Below are positions 1-9,958 of a stretch of DNA of 64,000 nt, in pieces. Numbering within the stretch: the stretch's first letter is position 1; the number at the start of each line of letters is the position of its first letter. This DNA comes from an archaeon (GTDB lineage Archaea > Aenigmatarchaeota > Aenigmatarchaeia > Aenigmatarchaeales > JACQIB01): contig DATDSO010000004.1 in assembly GCA_035291225.1 (NCBI GenBank), forward strand, positions 490,765-554,764, written 5' to 3'. Position numbers and translations under genes: made by a program. The notes below the pieces were generated by a model. That model made no database searches, had not been told where the DNA came from, and saw only the letters and a list, made by a program, of their open reading frames with translations.

Positions 1-560
1 CGCCCTCCAAATTTGGCGACGAGCGCATGTAAATTATCATGTAAAGAATTGCAAGAACCGTGTCCGCCGACATGCGCGCCAAAATCACTCGGCCCTTATA
101 GTTAGGATAACTATAAGTGTAATAGGTTGCAGACAAACCGAATATCAAAACAAATATTATGAAAGCTGATCCGAGATTGAGAATAACAGACATTAATGTT
201 AGAAACATTACAAATAGAAGCACGATTATTGTGAGCGAGAAAACTCCTGTCGGAGTCGCAACCATGTAAGCAGATTTTATATCTTCATCTATTTTTTTAT
301 AATCATCTACAGACGGGCGTACATTCAAGAGCTTTCCGGAGAATGCGGTCGCTTTTTCATAAAATCCTACAGGCTTCTGGCGGACATCTTTTAGAAATTC
401 TGTATACTCTTTTGGTCTCACAGTGGCTTTCCCTGCTTTTGGCAAGCCGAACGATGGCCTAGAAGAAATTATTTTTTGCAGCTCAGATCTTCTTTCCTCT
501 GCTGCCTTTTTCTGCGCGTCCGCAAGCTTTTTTTTCTTATCATCGCCAAAAAGACCCATG
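1..560 (-). CDS. Polytopic membrane protein, possibly TadC/FlaJ-like pilus/archaellum platform protein (5' part only; gene continues off the window edge)
   Basis: Open minus-strand frame from ATG (rc of 558-560) with no stop to position 1. Translation MGLFGDDKKKKLADAQKK...SLTIIVLLFVMFLTLMSVILNLGSAFIIFVLIFGLSATYY... has a cytoplasmic basic domain then TM helices. It lies next to the FlaI/TadA-type ATPase gene. Not in the ORF track because it is truncated. Confidence 0.35.
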
Positions 561-617
561 GATAAGATTTGGTTGGCCAATTTAAAAAAGCTTTTTAAAT
601 CCCCCCCATAAATTCTC

Positions 618-1694
618 ATGAGAAAAATGCAAAATCATTTTATTGCTCTATTGCTTTTGGGAATTGTGCTGATTGCGGGGTGCACAAATACACAAATCGA
701 CGCCTTTCTAAAAGCTTATCCAGCAGCAAAAGCTTTTACTGACCAATATCCAAATGCTAAAATCAATACAGTGCTTGTGGACCAAAAAACTACTGTAGCT
801 CAATTAATTGACATTTCAAAAGAGTGCGGCGTCATCCCATTTTCAGATTACTATAAATCTGTAATAGATGATGTGGAAAGCAATACAAAACTCACAGTGT
901 GGATGGACGCAAAAACATACAAAATAGTTTGCGTAGTAAAAGATAGGATTGGCATTAAGACAATTATTGCTGCCGCGCCTACAACAACTTCTACTGTTAC
1001 ATCATCGCCCCCTCTTCAAACAACATCAACTATTCCGGCAGCCACAACAACTGTTCCTCAAACAACATCAACTGTTACAATAACCGGAGCCACAACAACA
1101 ACTGTAACAACTTCTTCCGGAGCCACAACAACTTCTACTATTTCATCAACAACTTCAACTGCCGGCACTGGATTAACGACAGTAACAACAAAACCTTCAA
1201 CAACTACAACAATCCCAGAGGGAAATGGTAGCGGTGAGTGCCGTATTAGCGGCGTTATAAATGTTAGAAAAATATTTTTAGATATTATAAAATATTATCC
1301 ACCAACTGCTAATTATGCTTTGGACACACAGCGCGAGAACGATGCTATTTCAACCATAAAAAAATTCTGCACAGAAGAGATTTTTGCTCAGCTTCAAGCT
1401 GAGTTATGTTCCAAATATTCCGGTGGATATTTTCATAGAAATTTTCTAACATATAAAAGTGACGGCAGTTATTGGATATCAATGTCAGAACCGTCTCGTT
1501 CTTGTAGCAGCGCAACAACTTCAACTGCTACAACACAATCAGGTGTGACAACTTTTACATATCAAACAACCACGACAACAAAACCGGCAGGAACTACAAC
1601 AACTGTTGGCGGCACTGCAACAACTACAACAGCACCAGCTCAAACAACAACCACAATTTCCGGCGGCATAACAACTACATCAACAACGCCGTAG
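618..1694 (+). CDS. Secreted Thr/Ser-rich protein with N-terminal signal/lipobox-like segment (LLLLGIVLIAGCTNTQ)
   Basis: 358 aa ORF. Hydrophobic N-terminus with Cys after the signal. Two long T/S/P-rich low-complexity linkers (likely O-glycosylated stalks) flank a globular Cys-containing domain. Confidence 0.6.
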   Translation: MRKMQNHFIALLLLGIVLIAGCTNTQIDAFLKAYPAAKAFTDQYPNAKINTVLVDQKTTVAQLIDISKECGVIPFSDYYKSVIDDVESNTKLTVWMDAKTYKIVCVVKDRIGIKTIIAAAPTTTSTVTSSPPLQTTSTIPAATTTVPQTTSTVTITGATTTTVTTSSGATTTSTISSTTSTAGTGLTTVTTKPSTTTTIPEGNGSGECRISGVINVRKIFLDIIKYYPPTANYALDTQRENDAISTIKKFCTEEIFAQLQAELCSKYSGGYFHRNFLTYKSDGSYWISMSEPSRSCSSATTSTATTQSGVTTFTYQTTTTTKPAGTTTTVGGTATTTTAPAQTTTTISGGITTTSTTP

Positions 1695-1719
1695 AATTTT
1701 TAAGACATAATTAGTCTGT

Positions 1720-3957
1720 TTACACTTTCGCGATTTTTTTGAACCAATCAGACCATTCGGAATAAACTCTATCAGGCACGACTTCGCCAACTTCTTTCCT
1801 AATTTTCTCAGAAATTAAATTGAACTGCTGGTTCGAGGCCACGATAGTTTCAGCTTCCAGCAGATCTTTTTTTCCGGTCTGGTTTGCGATGTCAACAATC
1901 GTTTTCAGAATTTTCGCGCGCAGATTGATATTATCCCATACGGCATCCCAGCGGCCTGCCCAACCCGGAACTCGGCGCGCAATTTCATTCAGAATTATTG
2001 ATTCGCCATTAAGAAAAACATCTGTTGGTTTCAAGGTGTCTTCTTTGCTGGAATATTCAAGCAAGTTTACAAAACCATGCTCTTCAACAGGATCTTTCTG
2101 CCAGTGCTTGCGCACTTCTGTAACTTCGACTACCCGCCTCATCGAGCGCAGGCCATCAGACGAGCGGATTTTATTTGCTACTACAACCAAATCAGTTGCC
2201 TTGAAACTTGTAGCAGGCACATTCAAGTCATTTACAACTCTGTCGAAAACCCCGTAAGCAGATTCGCCGTGGATAGTTCCTGCGACGATATTTGCAAGCG
2301 CACCAACACGCATTGCTTCGAACAGGGCTTTTGCTTCGGTGCTTCTTATTTCGCCGATGAAAAGACACGAGTCGCCTAAACGCAAAGCTGTCCTTATTGC
2401 ATCCTCTGCTGAAAGCTCGACTTCAACATGTGTTATCACGGAGCGCGATTTCAACCGTTCAATGTTGTAGCCTAAATTTCTCAGAGCTTCAACCGGCAAT
2501 TCGAGTGTATCTTCGCTTGTGATAATTCTGTAGTATGGAATCACTTGCAACATCAAACTTCCGAGAACAGAAGTTTTTCCTGCGCCTCTTGTTCCGGCAA
2601 TCAAAATAGTTCTCCCATAAGAAGTGAAAAACCACATCAGCCCTGCGAAGAGCGGATTGAACATGCCCTCGTTTATGAAAAGTGGAAAAGTCCATGGCCT
2701 GAATCTATGCCTTCTCAAAGCGAAAGCTAAACCTTCTGGGGAAAGCGTGGGACCGATTGCAGCGACTCTTGCAACGCCGCCCGGCACAGAGACCTCTGTG
2801 TCAAGCACAGGATTCGCTTCGTCCAAGGGGCGGCCGCTCAAAAGTTTGAAACGTGTCGCCCACCTATCTCCGTCGATTTTTGTTGGAACAAGATTTGTTT
2901 CACATTCATCAAATTTCTGATGCAAAACAAAAATTGGCTGTTTTCCGAGGGGGCTGTTTATGTTAATGTCTTGGATATTTTCATCTGCAAGCATAAGTTC
3001 AATAACCCCCAGACCAACTGTATATCGAGTGAGAATTTCCGCCATGTTTTCAATTTTTTCCTCGCTAATCTCAATTTTTCGGAGATCTGACAAATCTCTG
3101 AGAAGTTCGACAGAAACAAGTTTTATTATTTCTCTCGCGCGCTGCTGGTCTTTCATTTCAAGTTCGGCGGGTTTTCTCTGCTCGAGCGCGCGGCGGGCAT
3201 CATCAAGCAAAGTATACTCTGCTTCTGAAAGTTTGAACTCCGGCGGAGTCACCATGTAGTATGGCCTAACTTTCCCCGGAACACGAAAAATTTCAATTGT
3301 AGCATCTGCAACATTATATTTGGAAATAATTTCCCCTGAGGGCGGCTTTGTCAAATATTTTGTGTACATAAAATTCGGGCGCACAATCGGATGGAAAAAT
3401 TTTCTGTAAACCGACCGGTCGCCAATATTGTAGCCAGTCATATCGTCTTTTGAGAGAGAAACAAGTTTTGTATTTTCCAGAATTTCCTGTATCTGCTGCA
3501 ATGTCAATAGAAATTTTTTTGCGAAAACTTTTTGGCTTTCAGGAATTTTTCCCATCAGAATATTCAGATGTCTCACTTCTCGGACTAAATTTACGTAAGC
3601 GCCAACAGGATCTCCGCGCAGCTGGAAAGCAATTGTGTTATAAAGCCACGGATACCACTGCGGAAAAAATCTCGTTGCATCAGGTCCACCCACGGAATTA
3701 ACAGAAACAAGCTTGCGCTCGCGCATAATTTCTGTAATCGAATCCGCGATTTCTGCAAGCATTTCTGTCTGGTCAGAATCGTATTCATATTCCCGTGTTT
3801 CAACAAGAATTATTGTGCTGACCTTCCGCTCCGCAAGAATCTTGTCAATTACCTGCGCCATCACGACATCAGAATCTTCAATACTCGCGCCGAAAATCGC
3901 CCCCATCGCATCTATGCGCATTACACCCTCCTTGATTTCTATGACATCGTAGACCAT
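1720..3957 (-). CDS. Type II/IV secretion system ATPase, FlaI/TadA/VirB11 family (archaeal pilus/archaellum assembly ATPase) with long N-terminal extension
   Basis: 745 aa. Walker A GTRGAGKTSVLGSLM, Walker B/Asp and His boxes typical of secretion ATPases, and an N-terminal domain. Confidence 0.85.
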   Translation of the reverse strand: MVYDVIEIKEGVMRIDAMGAIFGASIEDSDVVMAQVIDKILAERKVSTIILVETREYEYDSDQTEMLAEIADSITEIMRERKLVSVNSVGGPDATRFFPQWYPWLYNTIAFQLRGDPVGAYVNLVREVRHLNILMGKIPESQKVFAKKFLLTLQQIQEILENTKLVSLSKDDMTGYNIGDRSVYRKFFHPIVRPNFMYTKYLTKPPSGEIISKYNVADATIEIFRVPGKVRPYYMVTPPEFKLSEAEYTLLDDARRALEQRKPAELEMKDQQRAREIIKLVSVELLRDLSDLRKIEISEEKIENMAEILTRYTVGLGVIELMLADENIQDININSPLGKQPIFVLHQKFDECETNLVPTKIDGDRWATRFKLLSGRPLDEANPVLDTEVSVPGGVARVAAIGPTLSPEGLAFALRRHRFRPWTFPLFINEGMFNPLFAGLMWFFTSYGRTILIAGTRGAGKTSVLGSLMLQVIPYYRIITSEDTLELPVEALRNLGYNIERLKSRSVITHVEVELSAEDAIRTALRLGDSCLFIGEIRSTEAKALFEAMRVGALANIVAGTIHGESAYGVFDRVVNDLNVPATSFKATDLVVVANKIRSSDGLRSMRRVVEVTEVRKHWQKDPVEEHGFVNLLEYSSKEDTLKPTDVFLNGESIILNEIARRVPGWAGRWDAVWDNINLRAKILKTIVDIANQTGKKDLLEAETIVASNQQFNLISEKIRKEVGEVVPDRVYSEWSDWFKKIAKV

Positions 3958-4013
3958 AACTTCCCCATAATTATTACGTCCGCATTTTTAAATAAAAGAA
4001 TTCAAGTGAATTT

Positions 4014-4406
4014 ATGCCCGATGCTGACCTGCAAACAATAATAAATGAAGCTTTCCGGCGGCTGAATGAGGCAGGCAGACGCTTGCGCACCCTAGAAGAA
4101 AGATTCGCTTTGATAGAAACAAACATTTCCAATGATAAGGATGTAATAATAAAAAACCAAACAGAGACGAACGCATCTGTTTCAAAAATTTTCGAACAGC
4201 TTGATGATCTTGGCGAACGCATCCGCTCGGTTGAAAACGAAATGGTTCGAATAAATAAAGTTCTCGAGAAGACCGCCAGAAAGACTGAGGTGGAGGAACT
4301 TCGCGGAACGATTTCTCTTTTCAGCCCATTCAGCTCGAAATTTGTGACAGAAGGCGATGTAAAGAAAATTATGGAAAAAGCTGCTTCTGGCGAAAAAGAG
4401 GAATAA
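4014..4406 (+). CDS. Coiled-coil protein, function unknown
   Basis: 130 aa, heptad-rich, TATA TTTTTAAATAAAAG at 3985-3998 about 25 nt upstream. Confidence 0.5.
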   Translation: MPDADLQTIINEAFRRLNEAGRRLRTLEERFALIETNISNDKDVIIKNQTETNASVSKIFEQLDDLGERIRSVENEMVRINKVLEKTARKTEVEELRGTISLFSPFSSKFVTEGDVKKIMEKAASGEKEE

Positions 4407-4438
4407 ACGTTTTTAAATAGCCTTTTTCAATTTCTGAT

Positions 4439-5212
4439 ATGGCAGAGTACATCCCAACAGATATAGTTCAAAAACTTTCCGCCACAGGAAAATCTGAACA
4501 AGAGATTGCGGCCGAGCTCCGCCTTCGCGGTTTCACTCCATCTCAAATTGATAAAGCTTTGAAAGAAGCAATTAAAATTGAAGTTTCGGGCCCGCAACCT
4601 TTGGGTATGGGGCCGGAGCCTGCACCGCCAGCCCCTTCTTCGAAAAAAGGCTCTCCAGAAATTTCAGCTGGTCAGCAAAGAGCAGAAATTTCAAGACATC
4701 CGGCGCCGCCAGTTCCTCCCGCGCCCAGGCAGCCAATGAGAGCAGTTGAGCAATTACCAATTCAGCCAATGGCGGGCCCTATGGGTGAGCCTCCTGAAAA
4801 AGTTAGAGTGCCAATTGAGCTGAAGCCTGTTGAAATTTCTGAAAATCCGCTTGCAAGGCAATTTGGATCAACACAGCCATCTACAGAAATTTCTCTTGAA
4901 GAATTGGTTGAGGCAATTGTAAATGAGCGCTGGGTTAAATTTGAAGAAAAGCTTTCAATTTTCGATAAAAGAGATTTGAATTTGCAACAACAGATTCAGG
5001 ATATGAAAAAGCAGATTGATGAGCTTGGTCAGCAGCGCGAGAAGGAAGAAAAAATGTTTATGGAAAAATTAGAGGAGTTCGGCGACGGGATTGAAAAAAC
5101 ACAATCAAGGATTGGTTCGATAGAAGGGGCGTTCAAAGAGTTTGTTCCAACTCTTGCTGAAAATGTAAAAAGCCTTGCTGATGTCGTTGACAGATTGAAA
5201 AAATCGAAATAA
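4439..5212 (+). CDS. Pro-rich / coiled-coil protein, function unknown
   Basis: 257 aa. N-terminal small helical domain, Pro-rich linker, C-terminal coiled coil. TATA at 4410-4419. Confidence 0.55.
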   Translation: MAEYIPTDIVQKLSATGKSEQEIAAELRLRGFTPSQIDKALKEAIKIEVSGPQPLGMGPEPAPPAPSSKKGSPEISAGQQRAEISRHPAPPVPPAPRQPMRAVEQLPIQPMAGPMGEPPEKVRVPIELKPVEISENPLARQFGSTQPSTEISLEELVEAIVNERWVKFEEKLSIFDKRDLNLQQQIQDMKKQIDELGQQREKEEKMFMEKLEEFGDGIEKTQSRIGSIEGAFKEFVPTLAENVKSLADVVDRLKKSK

Positions 5213-5222
5213 TTCAAAATTT

Positions 5223-5933
5223 CTAGCTCCTGTCTAAAATTCTTCTCAATGGTTTCGGCGCGGCTTCTCTCATGGAAACAGCACCGTATCCAAATGCAGA
5301 TTGCGCCTGCCTGCCTTCATAACCAAATCCTTCATGGTCTTCTTCTCCGCCTCCGCTATATTCCCCGCCGCTCATTGCACCGCTTGCGTATCCTATCAAA
5401 GTCGGTTTTTCAGAGCTTGGTGTTCCATAGACTCCACTACCTTTTCCTGACTGCGGCTGGCCATAAGTTAAGTTCACGGTCTTCATGATTTCAGAAGGAA
5501 TCTGCGCGAGTTGCCCGACAGAAAGTTGGGAGTCGGCCAGGCACGACCAATTAATTATCGCTTCGCTTATGTTAGCGCGCATCAGATCGCTTTTGCACAA
5601 ATGCGCCCACATCAAATTTGCCTTATGAAAATTTGTATTTTCAAAAATCGCGCCAGTAAAAATTGCCCACTCGAGATTTGATTTTTCAAAATTGGTCTCG
5701 CGTAAAATCGTCCCTTTGAATTGGCATCTTGCCAGATTTGCGGAAGAAAAATCTGCTTCTGAAAGATCAGAGCCGGAGAAATTCGAATTGCTCAAATTAG
5801 AACCGGAAAAATTTATTTTGCTTAAATTCATTCCAGTAAAATCAACATTCTGCAGAACTATATTTGAGAAATTCTTTTCTCCTGAGCGAAGCTTTTCCGA
5901 GAAATCATTCATTGACAGAGATGTTTTTTCCAT
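5223..5933 (-). CDS. Pentapeptide-repeat protein with Gly-rich C-terminal tail
   Basis: Consecutive A(D/N)LxX pentapeptide repeats (NLSKINFSGSNLSNSNFSGSDLSEADFSSANLARCQF...). Confidence 0.8.
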   Translation of the reverse strand: MEKTSLSMNDFSEKLRSGEKNFSNIVLQNVDFTGMNLSKINFSGSNLSNSNFSGSDLSEADFSSANLARCQFKGTILRETNFEKSNLEWAIFTGAIFENTNFHKANLMWAHLCKSDLMRANISEAIINWSCLADSQLSVGQLAQIPSEIMKTVNLTYGQPQSGKGSGVYGTPSSEKPTLIGYASGAMSGGEYSGGGEEDHEGFGYEGRQAQSAFGYGAVSMREAAPKPLRRILDRS

Positions 5934-5955
5934 AACCCGTTTATGGCTTTTAGAT

Positions 5956-6669
5956 TTAAGAAGACTGTCTTTCTAGAAATGGCTTCACACTTTCCATGAA
6001 AGCTGTTCCGGTTCTATATGTTCTAACCAATCCTCTAGAAAACCCGTAAAGCAAATCCAATCTTTGGGCAGCTTTCAAATCACGGCCTTCAAGCTCTTTA
6101 TAAAAACCAATCAAATCTTCTCCCATGTCTAAATATCTGGGGATTATTGAAACTCCTTCTGCTTCCATACCTCGGCCAGCCTGATCGTAAACAAACATGG
6201 CTGCCGCAACGCGGTGCATACAAACTCCCGGAAGAGTTTTAATGCCTTGCTGAAAGAATCCATCTTCGCATGCATGCGCAGGAATTTTTGTAGTTCCGCC
6301 TCTTTTTTTGTAATTTATTTCGCCACCTACATCTCTTATTTCATAAACTTTTCTTCCGATTAGTGCTCTATGGATAGCTTCAACCTCTTCATCTGGAACT
6401 TTTGTCAGCAAAACTCCAACAAAATATTTTTGCCCGTCCCTGCTCGCGGAATCTACATTAACTGTAACAGGCCATTGTTCATCGTCTAACTGCAGAGAAG
6501 GATTCCATCCTATTTTGACTTTCCCGGTTTCACATAAAAGCTGGCCGCGTATCATTCTGTCTATCAAACCATAATCGGTAATCATATCTGGATTCAGCCC
6601 ATGCAGCCGAATTACTTCCCAAATTTGCCTTCTTGTGTTTAGGCTGATTGAATGCGCATTGCGTGGCAT
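5956..6669 (-). CDS. Conserved-looking hypothetical protein
   Basis: 237 aa globular ORF with no low complexity; no motif I can name. Confidence 0.6.
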   Translation of the reverse strand: MPRNAHSISLNTRRQIWEVIRLHGLNPDMITDYGLIDRMIRGQLLCETGKVKIGWNPSLQLDDEQWPVTVNVDSASRDGQKYFVGVLLTKVPDEEVEAIHRALIGRKVYEIRDVGGEINYKKRGGTTKIPAHACEDGFFQQGIKTLPGVCMHRVAAAMFVYDQAGRGMEAEGVSIIPRYLDMGEDLIGFYKELEGRDLKAAQRLDLLYGFSRGLVRTYRTGTAFMESVKPFLERQSS

Positions 6670-6721
6670 TAAAATTCCTTTGGGTTAAGATTTTTAAATG
6701 CATAGATTCATGAAATTAATT

Positions 6722-6829
6722 ATGCCCAACCCAGAAGTTTTCGAGCGCGGCAGGCGCAAGAAAAAAACTTTGCGGCGCAAGCACGGCGCTTGGAGGAAAT
6801 ATGGGGTTTTGAAGGATTCGACAACTTGA
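6722..6829 (+). CDS. Small (35 aa) highly basic protein (MPNPEVFERGRRKKKTLRRKHGAWRKYGVLKDSTT), below the ORF-track threshold
   Basis: ATG preceded by TATA-like GATTTTTAAATGC at 6689-6701 (about -27). Very basic composition, like nucleic-acid-binding or ribosomal-type small proteins. Confidence 0.3.
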   Translation: MPNPEVFERGRRKKKTLRRKHGAWRKYGVLKDSTT

Positions 6830-6955
6830 CAGCTTTTTAAATCTTAAATGTAAATCAAAGATGATTCAAATGTCGCAGAAAACTCTTTCAAGCAAAGTTC
6901 TTTTAAATGGCGGCAATAATAATTTCTAGGCTCAGAATTTTTCTGAGGTGTTTCT

Positions 6956-7234
6956 ATGGATACGCAAACAGTAAAACATATTTCACGGCTCGCCCGCCTG
7001 AACCTAACAGAGGAAGAGGTAGGGAAATTCTCAAAAGAAATTTCTGAAATTTTGAAAAGTTTCGAAATTTTGAACAAAGCAGATGTTTCAAAAGTTGAGC
7101 CATCATTTCATCCAATAGAGATTGAAGGGGCAATGCGCGAGGATAAACCTGAAAAGTGCTTGCCCGCAGAAACCGCGCTCGCAAACGTGCGCACGCGCGA
7201 GAAAAATTTTATCAAAGGTCCGAGGGCGGTTTGA
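6956..7234 (+). CDS. gatC: Asp-tRNA(Asn)/Glu-tRNA(Gln) amidotransferase subunit C
   Basis: 92 aa, typical GatC sequence, immediately upstream of gatA with a 1-nt spacer. Confidence 0.85.
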   Translation: MDTQTVKHISRLARLNLTEEEVGKFSKEISEILKSFEILNKADVSKVEPSFHPIEIEGAMREDKPEKCLPAETALANVRTREKNFIKGPRAV

Positions 7235-8530
7235 ATGATGGAAAAAGTTTTGCAGGAGGCACGCGAGCTGGATAAAAAATTTGGATTTTTTATTTCTATA
7301 AATGAAAGCGCAAGCGAAGGCCAACCAATAGCAGTGAAAGACAACATTTGCACAGCTGGCTTGCGCACAACAGCTGGCTCAAAAATTTTGGAAAATTATG
7401 TGCCGCCGTTTGATGCAACTGTTATCGCTCGCTTGAAAAAATCTGGTTTTTCAGTAATTGGAAAAACCGCGATGGACGAATTCGGTTTTGGGACTTTCTC
7501 TGCAAACTGCGCGTACAAAATTCCAAAAAACCCGTACAATCCGCAGCGCGCATGCGGTGGCTCTTCTGGAGGGAGCGCGGGCTATATCGCTGCTTCAAAA
7601 TTCACGCGCGCCGCGCTCGCGCAATCAACAGGCGGCTCGATTTCCTGTCCTGCAAGCTTTTGTGGAGTTGTGGGGCTAACGCCAACTTACGGCCTTGTCA
7701 GCAGATGTGGTTTAATTGATTATGGAAATTCTCTTGACAAAATTGGAGTTATCGGAAAAAATGTTTCTGATTGCACAGACGTTTTAGCAATTATTGCCGG
7801 TCATGATGAGCGAGATTCCACAACAGTTGAAATAAAAAAACTTCCTGAAGTTGAAGTCCCGAAAAAAATAAAAATTGGCGTTCCGAAAGAATATTTTTCT
7901 GAAGGTGTTGATGGAAAAATTTCAAAGCTTGTCTGGCAAACGATTAAAAAATTTGAAAGCGAGGGCGCGAGCTACGAAGAAATTTCCTTGTCAACAACAA
8001 GATTCGCTCTCGCCTCCTACTACATAATTGCGATGTGCGAGGCTTCCACAAATCTTGCGAAGTTTTGCGGCCTGCGCTATGGACTCCAAGGAGAACCTGA
8101 GAGTAAAGGCTTCAACGAATATTTTTCAGAGATTCGCACGCAAGGATTTGGAGCAGAGGCAAAGCGCAGAATAATTTTAGGAACTTACGCGCGCGCAGCA
8201 GGATATCGCTACCAGTATTACTTGCGCGCGCTAAAAGTGCGCACGCTTGTGATAAATGATTTTAGGAAAGCTTTTAAAAAATTTGACTTACTTGCTGCGC
8301 CAACAATGCCTATTTTTCCCCCGAAATTTTCTGAAATTGAAAAAATGACTCCTGCGCAGATTTACGCAGCAGATGTTCTCACAGTCCCAGCAAACTTGGC
8401 AGGCATTCCACAGATAAGTTTGCCCTGCGGAAAAATAGGAAAATTGCCAGTTGGTTTGCATTTGCTCGGAGATCATTTTTCAGAGAGAAAAATAATTTCA
8501 TTCGCGCAAGGGGCTGAAAAGATTTTGTGA
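7235..8530 (+). CDS. gatA: Asp-tRNA(Asn)/Glu-tRNA(Gln) amidotransferase subunit A (amidase signature family)
   Basis: Amidase signature GGSSGGSAG, Ser-cisSer-Lys context. Overlaps gatB by 4 nt (operon). Confidence 0.9.
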   Translation: MMEKVLQEARELDKKFGFFISINESASEGQPIAVKDNICTAGLRTTAGSKILENYVPPFDATVIARLKKSGFSVIGKTAMDEFGFGTFSANCAYKIPKNPYNPQRACGGSSGGSAGYIAASKFTRAALAQSTGGSISCPASFCGVVGLTPTYGLVSRCGLIDYGNSLDKIGVIGKNVSDCTDVLAIIAGHDERDSTTVEIKKLPEVEVPKKIKIGVPKEYFSEGVDGKISKLVWQTIKKFESEGASYEEISLSTTRFALASYYIIAMCEASTNLAKFCGLRYGLQGEPESKGFNEYFSEIRTQGFGAEAKRRIILGTYARAAGYRYQYYLRALKVRTLVINDFRKAFKKFDLLAAPTMPIFPPKFSEIEKMTPAQIYAADVLTVPANLAGIPQISLPCGKIGKLPVGLHLLGDHFSERKIISFAQGAEKIL

Positions 8531-9948
8531 TAAATATGGAAGGAAAAATAAAAATTGGCTTGGAAACTCATGTACAATTAAACACGCGCACAAAACTTTT
8601 CTGCGGCTGCTCGCTTGAAAAGCTTTCAGAAGCAGAGCCAAATGCGCGCACATGTGAAACCTGCTTGGGAATGCCAGGCTCAAAACCGCGCTTGAACAAA
8701 GGAGCTGTTGAAGTTGGAATAAAAATCGCAACAGCTCTCGGCTGCAAGCTTCCGGCAAAAATGTTTTTTTCGCGAAAAATTTATCTCTATCCTGACATGA
8801 GCAAAAATTTTCAGATAACTCAGTATGAAATTCCGATTGCTTCCGCGGGCGCGGTGGAATCTGTTGATGAAACCGGAAAAAGAAAAATTGTGGAAATTTC
8901 TAGAATGAATTTAGAAGAAGATCCGGCGAAAATTCAGCACGTGGGCGGGAATATTACAACTGCACGCTATACTCTGATAGACTACAACCGCTCCGGAGTT
9001 CCATTGTGCGAAATTGTTACAGCCCCAATTTTCAAAAGCCCGCGTGAGGCGAGAATTTATTTGCAGAGGTTGATGGCAATCCTCCGCTACATTAATGCTT
9101 TTGTTGAAGATGAATTTGCTTTGAAGACAGATGCAAATATTTCTATTGAAGGCGGCGAGCGCGTTGAGGTAAAAAATATTACAGGCTTCCGCGAAGTTGA
9201 AAAAGCGCTTGCCTATGAAATTGTGCGCCAGCGCTCGCTTGTGAGGAAGGGGGAAAAAATCTCGCAGGAAACGCGCACGTGGGATGCGGACGCGAAAGTT
9301 ACGCGTCCCCTTAGGAAAAAAGAAACAGCAGAAGATTATGGATATATTTTTGAGCCAGATTTGCGCATGATTGCTTTGCAAAAAGAATGGATAGAAAAAA
9401 TCAGAAAAAATCTGCCCGAGCTTCCGCACCAGAAAGCTGAGCGTTACCAGAAAAATTTTAAGCTTTCAAAAGAACTCGCTGCTGCGCTCACAAGCGATTT
9501 AGAGGTCGCGCAGTCTTTTGAATCAGCGGCGAAAAAAGAAGATCCGCAATTGTGCGCGCGCTGGGTGGAGCTTTTGCGGAAAACTTTATTTCATAATGAT
9601 ATTTCGCTTGCTGAAACAAAATTAAAACTTGAGCAGTTTCTGGAACTTCTGCATTTGGTAAAGAAAAAATCTCTGGAGCCGCGCGCCGCAGAAATGATTT
9701 TGCGTGAAATAATTTTCACGCCAGATAAGTTTGACTCTCTTGTGAAAAAATATTCAAAATTATCAGAGAAGAATATTTCTGAAATAATTGCGAAGGTTCT
9801 GAGAGATGAAAAATCCGCGGTTGCTGCTTACAAAAGTGGCGACAAAAAAGTTTTGGATTTCTTGATAGGGCAGGTGCAGAAAGCTTCAGACTTGAGGACA
9901 GACGCAAAAGTTGTAAAAACACTGATAAAGAAAAAACTTGCGGGCTAA
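8527..9948 (+). CDS. gatB: Asp-tRNA(Asn)/Glu-tRNA(Gln) amidotransferase subunit B
   Basis: N-terminal KIGLETHVQLNTRTKLFCGC motif characteristic of GatB/GatE, and a C-terminal YqeY-like domain. Confidence 0.9.
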   Translation: MINMEGKIKIGLETHVQLNTRTKLFCGCSLEKLSEAEPNARTCETCLGMPGSKPRLNKGAVEVGIKIATALGCKLPAKMFFSRKIYLYPDMSKNFQITQYEIPIASAGAVESVDETGKRKIVEISRMNLEEDPAKIQHVGGNITTARYTLIDYNRSGVPLCEIVTAPIFKSPREARIYLQRLMAILRYINAFVEDEFALKTDANISIEGGERVEVKNITGFREVEKALAYEIVRQRSLVRKGEKISQETRTWDADAKVTRPLRKKETAEDYGYIFEPDLRMIALQKEWIEKIRKNLPELPHQKAERYQKNFKLSKELAAALTSDLEVAQSFESAAKKEDPQLCARWVELLRKTLFHNDISLAETKLKLEQFLELLHLVKKKSLEPRAAEMILREIIFTPDKFDSLVKKYSKLSEKNISEIIAKVLRDEKSAVAAYKSGDKKVLDFLIGQVQKASDLRTDAKVVKTLIKKKLAG

Positions 9949-9958
9949 GAATCAATAC

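Noticed and set aside
423-611. 62-aa plus-strand ORF
   Set aside because: Overlaps the 5' end of the longer minus-strand membrane-protein frame that runs off the window. Poly-F/S composition.
1820-2379. ORFs 1820..2257 and 2077..2379 on the plus strand inside the FlaI/TadA ATPase gene
   Set aside because: Antisense to a well-supported 745-aa ATPase. Low-complexity, no motifs. Typical shadow ORFs.
8911-9429. 172-aa minus-strand ORF and other minus-strand frames within gatB and glnA (10177..10416 etc.)
   Set aside because: Antisense to strongly supported genes, with hydrophobic/low-complexity translations.
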